The notes beneath the pieces were generated by a model that was not told the origin of the DNA, searched no databases, and saw nothing but the letters and a program-made list of their open reading frames with translations. A DNA stretch of 64,000 nucleotides from Podarcis filfolensis. Its lineage: Eukaryota. Below, in pieces: positions 59,495-64,000 of the stretch (its first letter is position 1; every line of letters starts with the position of its first letter). The DNA lies in the NCBI GenBank assembly GCA_964270895.1, contig OZ185447.1. One strand, given 5' to 3'. The translations under genes and the position numbers were made by a program.

Positions 59495-59877
59495 ATGCCG
59501 AGAAGTTGTGACGAGTTGCTACGAGGTAGGCGAAAAACCAAAAGGCCAGAAATCGCCAATTGGGAAAAATTCCTACCATGCCCCTTGCGGCGACAGACCG
59601 AAGTCCATAGCAAAGTCAAATACCTACCTAAGCCTAGTTAAAGGGAGGGAGGGTGGGAAAACGTGGGGGCGAGCCGGCGAAAAGAGGGTGAGCCCCCTCC
59701 GTGCCGGCCCTAAATAGGGCAGGCCATGCCCCCCCCAGCCAGCCAGCTGATTGGCTGGCTGGGGGGGGCAGACCCGACCAGGATTCCCCTGCTCTCGCGG
59801 GGGCTGCGACCAGCCCCCGCTCATGTGGGGTGGGCGTGAAGCCCGCAACCCCACCTCCTGGGCAGGCCGGAAGTGGC
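59495..59877 (-). repeat. A2 repeat (383 bp) with CCAAT and TATTTA
   Basis: Lies between B1 and B2; homologous to the A half of the solo units. Confidence 0.85.
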
Positions 59878-60283
59878 TTTGCGTGGCGAGTTCCCGCCCC
59901 CCACCAGGATAAATAAAGACACAAGACACCATAATTTAAGGTTAATTGGGCGAATTAGGCCACAACTTTATTGAATTTCAGGAATGAGAGGCATTGGCTT
60001 AGGCATTGGTCCTAACGACTATCCGGCTCCAGCCCATTTGCTGGAGACACGGGGAAGGGTTAACCTTATATCGGGGGAGTCTCCTGCCAAGGCACGTCGA
60101 CTAGGAGCTCCCCCGGGTCACCGCTCTGGGGCGTGCCTTTGGCCCTCACCTCCATAGGCTTCGGACAGGGCCACGCCCCCCGGAGTCCTTTAACGGACCA
60201 CCCTTCGGTCGCTGGGGGGAGGTGATGGCGTTCCTCCCCCCCCACACATCCTCTTAACCCCTTCTTACCAATGCCTACCGCCA
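59878..60283 (-). repeat. B1 split direct repeat (406 bp)
   Basis: Directly after the SGNH stop; copy of 59089-59494. Confidence 0.95.
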
Positions 60284-60311
60284 CACGAGCAATCGCTCGC
60301 CGCCAATACTC

Positions 60312-60905
60312 TCATGCCTGAAACCAATCCCCTACCCCCTTTGCTATATCAGTCAGCCGCATGTCATTTCCCGCATCTGAACGATGCACGCCATCAAGCC
60401 AAATATCATTTCCCGCATCCGAAAGATGCACGCCATCAAGCCGGTAGAGGGCCTCACAGTTGCCCGGGTGGTCAATGACCCACCCACCCAGGGCTGCCAC
60501 TCTACGCACCACCGCCTGATCCAAGGCTTTCCTAGCCCTATTTGTGGCTATCGGGCACCTGCTCTCTCTCCAAACCCGGCTTTCCATCAACAAGGCCCCA
60601 AGAATGGTGATGTTTGGATAAGAGGCCTTAAGTTCCTCAAAGTCACTAAAGATATGCCACATCAAGTCGACTACCTTTCTGTAAGCTAAATCCTTTTCGC
60701 CAAAGTGGATAACTAAAGCATCTGGGGGGCCCTCCGCTGCCGCTCTAGCCCTAATCGCGGGCAACATTTCGGCCCAGCGCATTCCCCTCCGATAGCTCCA
60801 AGATATATTGATGTAGTTAAGGTGCGGCCCGAGACCGGAATTGATGGCGCGGGCCCTGGCCCAATGCACAATGCTGTGCCCGATTATCCAGATGTGCGCC
60901 CTCAT
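60312..60905 (-). CDS. SGNH/GDSL hydrolase-like ORF of element 2, 197 aa
   Basis: IWIIGHS, RGMRW, HFGEKD, DGVHL (block V duplicated). Confidence 0.82.
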   Translation of the reverse strand: MRAHIWIIGHSIVHWARARAINSGLGPHLNYINISWSYRRGMRWAEMLPAIRARAAAEGPPDALVIHFGEKDLAYRKVVDLMWHIFSDFEELKASYPNITILGALLMESRVWRESRCPIATNRARKALDQAVVRRVAALGGWVIDHPGNCEALYRLDGVHLSDAGNDIWLDGVHRSDAGNDMRLTDIAKGVGDWFQA

Positions 60906-61043
60906 AGCTCCTGCACCCTAGGTCCCCGTTAACAGCTTGGTTTCTATCCCAGTGGACGGTGCAGGGCCTATACTCCAAATATGCACAACGTCACCTGAAA
61001 GCAAAAGAAGGTAACAAAGCCAGGTCAGGTATACTGTGAACAG

Positions 61044-62110
61044 TCACAAGGTCTTACGTATATATCCCTTAAATGCATCAGACTTCCACTGCCCCCAAGT
61101 CCTTTATCCTTTCAGCTGCGAGTCCCAAATGCAGTGCTGTGGTGGCGGCCCCAATCCTAAAGGAGATAGCCGTGAATTCAGCTGAGGATAAACCGCAGGC
61201 AGCAATCTCCCTTCGCATAACGCGCGTGGACTGATGCTGCGCAAGGCGGGAGCCAACCAAATGCATAAGGTTGTTCTCACGTACATGAAATGTTAGTGTC
61301 CTTTACTGCTGATCGGTTTTGGAACATTGGACATGCAGGACTAAATTGGATCTGAACAAGGTCAGGTCTCTCAAACTAACCCTGAGCAGCGGATTCTGGT
61401 TGGCCCTTACAAACCACTTCGCCAATGCACATAGTGCCAAAGGCAATGGAGTATGCAGCTGAAAATAACTGGGCCTTGTCCTCGGACCAACAGATACTTC
61501 TCATTTTATTTATTTTTATTTTTTATTATTTTAATTTTATTTAATTATTTATTTTGGAATTGGCATAGAATGTCATAAGGGCCTTCTACCATCACTTTTA
61601 GGAGGCTGCAGCCTGTGCCAGCCCTACAATAATACAATAATAATAATAATTTATTATTTGTACCCCGCCCATCTGGCTGTGTTTCCCCCAGCCACTCTGG
61701 GCGGCTTCCATAGAAACCAAAAATAACCTAAAATATCACACATTAAAAAACTTCCCTGAACAGCAGCCCTACAGTGCCCCTCACACTAAGAAGTCCACAC
61801 CAGGGTCTATGGATTAAACAACCTTACGGGAAAAAGGGAGATTGCCGCCTACTGGATGTTTAAGAGTCTTTGCTGCACGACCCAGCACCCTCCAATGTAC
61901 CAAGTATTGCAGAGCTTCAGCCTTGGTAGGAGGTGTGTCAAGCCTAGGATTTTCTAATTTGCCTCGAGGTGTGTCAAGCCTAGCATTTATTCATTCATTT
62001 ATTATTTATTTATTATTTATTTATTTATTTGTAAGATCTAAGCGTGGACGGGGCTCCTGAAGCTAATACTCCCTTCAGGACATCAGGTTCCCAAGGCTCC
62101 AAAGGTGCTC
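61044..62110 (-). pseudogene. Tyrosine recombinase of element 2, split by a foreign insert
   Basis: APSTLRSYK (62031-62060), SICWS..QLFSAAYSIA (~61497), ISFRIGAAT, FKGYIRK. Confidence 0.85.
61628..61765 (-). mobile_element. LINE 3' tail (L2/CR1-type) within element 2
   Basis: (AAT)n then TGTACCCCGCCCATCTGGC...CAGCCACTCTGGGCGGCT; homologous to 36186-36370. Confidence 0.5.
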
Positions 62111-63420
62111 CCGGAATGGCTGTGGCAATTTGCTGCGCCTGGGCATCCGTGATGTCATTGTTAACCCTAGAGGTAAATTTGGTAGAGAAATAGATGTTTA
62201 ATTCTAAGCACAAAAGGACAAAGGTCCGGGGCAGATCTGCCACTCTAGGAGAGTGCGATAATTGCTTTGACAGGACACTGACAATCGTTTGATTGTCGGC
62301 CCAGAAGCACACCTGGTGATTCCTGAACTCTTCAGCCCGCAAATGCCACTGTACTTTTCCATGAACTTTAACCCAACCTTCAGGTCCGACTTGACCACTT
62401 TAGAGAGGCGCATTCAGTGTTGCGGGGCGCGCAGTCCCGCTGACAGCTTAGCCAATCGCCCCCCCCCAAAAAAAAGGGGCGGCCAGGGGACACTACCCGG
62501 CATGCAAAGTTGAGGTGACCGAAGCGTGAATTTACCCTGGCCAAGGGTGACCTTCATGAGGGGAAGAAGTTGCAGAATTAATTTTTTTAAGTACTGCTAG
62601 CCTCTCCCTAGGTAGGCGGGATGTCTGTGCGATTGTGTCCAATTCAATATCCAAAATAGGTTATGATCAAAACTGGACCCTCTGTTTTGTCTGCCACCAA
62701 AGGTACCCCAAGCTCCTCAGCCAGGGAGGTGAAAGCCTCTAAAGGAGAAGCGCAATCAGGGCTATTACTAATGATGGAGGGGGAAGAGTTATCGAGGTAA
62801 TGGGTCACCCCTTCCGAACCAGTTCTAAAGCGAAGAGCCCAGTCCGAAATTGCACTAAATGACTCAAAGGCTGCACAAGCTACTGAGCACCCTATCGGCA
62901 TAGATTTGTCTATGGAATAAACCCCCTCAAATCTAAAACCTAGCCATAGAAATTCCTCAGGGTGAATTGGCAGGAGACGGAAAGTCGACTCAATGTCGCA
63001 CTTAGCCAAGAGCGCGCCCCTGCTGAACCTGCACATACGCTTTATAGCCTGATCAAAGGAGGCATATTTCACAGAACAAGGCTTCTGTGGTATTGCATCA
63101 TCGACTGAGCCACCTCTAGGGTAGGGTAGGTTCATAGGATACTCTCCTGGAGTCTATGGGGGGACAATGCCTAAAGGTGAAATGAGTAAACCCGCTATAG
63201 GTGGCTCCCTGAAGGGGCCGGCCACCCTCCTGGCCAGAAATTTCATTAATTTCTGGTGTTTCCCAAAATGATTCTTTGACTTTGGGGGGGGGATTTCCCT
63301 GAGTTAGGGGGTAATGAAACGAGGATCCTGAAGCCATAAGAGAAACTCTTTCCCCAGGGTACTTTGCTGCCTCTATTTTAGAGTATTTATTGAGAGGGGT
63401 TCTAAGAGGTGAGAGCTTAA
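62100..63420 (-). pseudogene. RT / RNase H remnants of element 2
   Basis: VKYASFDQAI, LAKCDIESTFRLLPIHP, MPIGC, HYLDN; FWADNQTIV. Confidence 0.88.
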
Positions 63421-63439
63421 CAGAAGAGAACCTCACAGT

Positions 63440-64000
63440 CAAGGGGCAAATTCATACCAGTTTGTGACTGTTCTTCTTGGCGGGTCTGTGAGCTTTTAAG
63501 ACCCCTGGTGGAAATGCCCCCTGCTGCCCGGAAAGGGCTGTTTACCTTTAAAACATGAAGACGCTGGGTGGTTACCTATGCACTTCACACATTCATGCGC
63601 ATACTTACAATTTGGCCCCTGGCACACACCCGTGTTGTACTCCCAGCAAACCTCATGGTGAGGGACTTGCTTAGCTTCACATTTTCCAACTTTCCTTTTT
63701 CCACATAGGGACACATGTGCTCCATCCTGTAATTCTGGTCGCTCGGAACCCAGCAGGTGGTGGGCAGCAGGAAGCTTTTCTGAATCGTCCTCGGCATCAG
63801 AAGGCTTACTTCTTTTGCTCTTCTTGGCCGAATGCTTCTTCTTAGACTTCTTTCTCCCTTGCCCATCATTGGAGACTGGTGCTGTTCTGCAGCCGCTGGC
63901 ACTTCCTGTTGCCCCTGCGTCTCATCATCCGATGATGTTTTGGAGCCTTCCGCAGTAAAGGCTGAGGTTGTGAATCCTGTAGAATAGGAGCCCCCTTCCG
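63440..64000 (-). pseudogene. gag C-terminal remnant of element 2 with Cys/His finger
   Basis: CWEYNTGVCQGPNCKYAHECVKCIGNHPASSC, homologous to the motif in element 1. Confidence 0.8.

Larger units (their letters stand above)
59089..64000 (-). mobile_element. Ngaro-type retrotransposon, element 2 (degenerate; continues beyond window), with B1-A2-B2 end
   Basis: Minus-strand gag zinc finger, RT, RH, YR and SGNH, then split direct repeats. Confidence 0.92.

Noticed and set aside
59089-60283. Interpretation as a DIRS1-type (inverted terminal repeat) element, ordinary LTRs, or a CRISPR-like array
   Set aside because: The repeats are direct, arranged B-A-B at one end, lack TG...CA termini and a TSD, and have no spacer-repeat periodicity; this fits the Ngaro split-direct-repeat type.

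Overview
Vertebrate genomic window, most likely a squamate lizard (lacertid-type Sauria SINEs). It holds an olfactory receptor (OR) cluster: 11 intact single-exon class II OR ORFs plus several OR pseudogene fragments. The left ~22 kb is a tandem triplication of a two-gene OR unit, with unit-specific deletions, a chimeric pseudogene and signs of gene conversion. The right ~40 kb has five insertions of Ngaro-type tyrosine-recombinase (DIRS-order) retrotransposons: one near-complete element (gag, RT/RNase H, YR, SGNH hydrolase; interrupted by a solo LTR), one degenerate element with an intact B1-A2-B2 split-direct-repeat end, and three solo A-B units. The most striking signals are (i) a ~260-nt multi-helix structure in the B repeat, whose stems show compensatory changes across the five divergent copies, and (ii) a same-phase splice acceptor just upstream of the SGNH ORF in both coding elements, suggesting env-like subgenomic expression. 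All alignments and helices were read by eye; no database searches were run.
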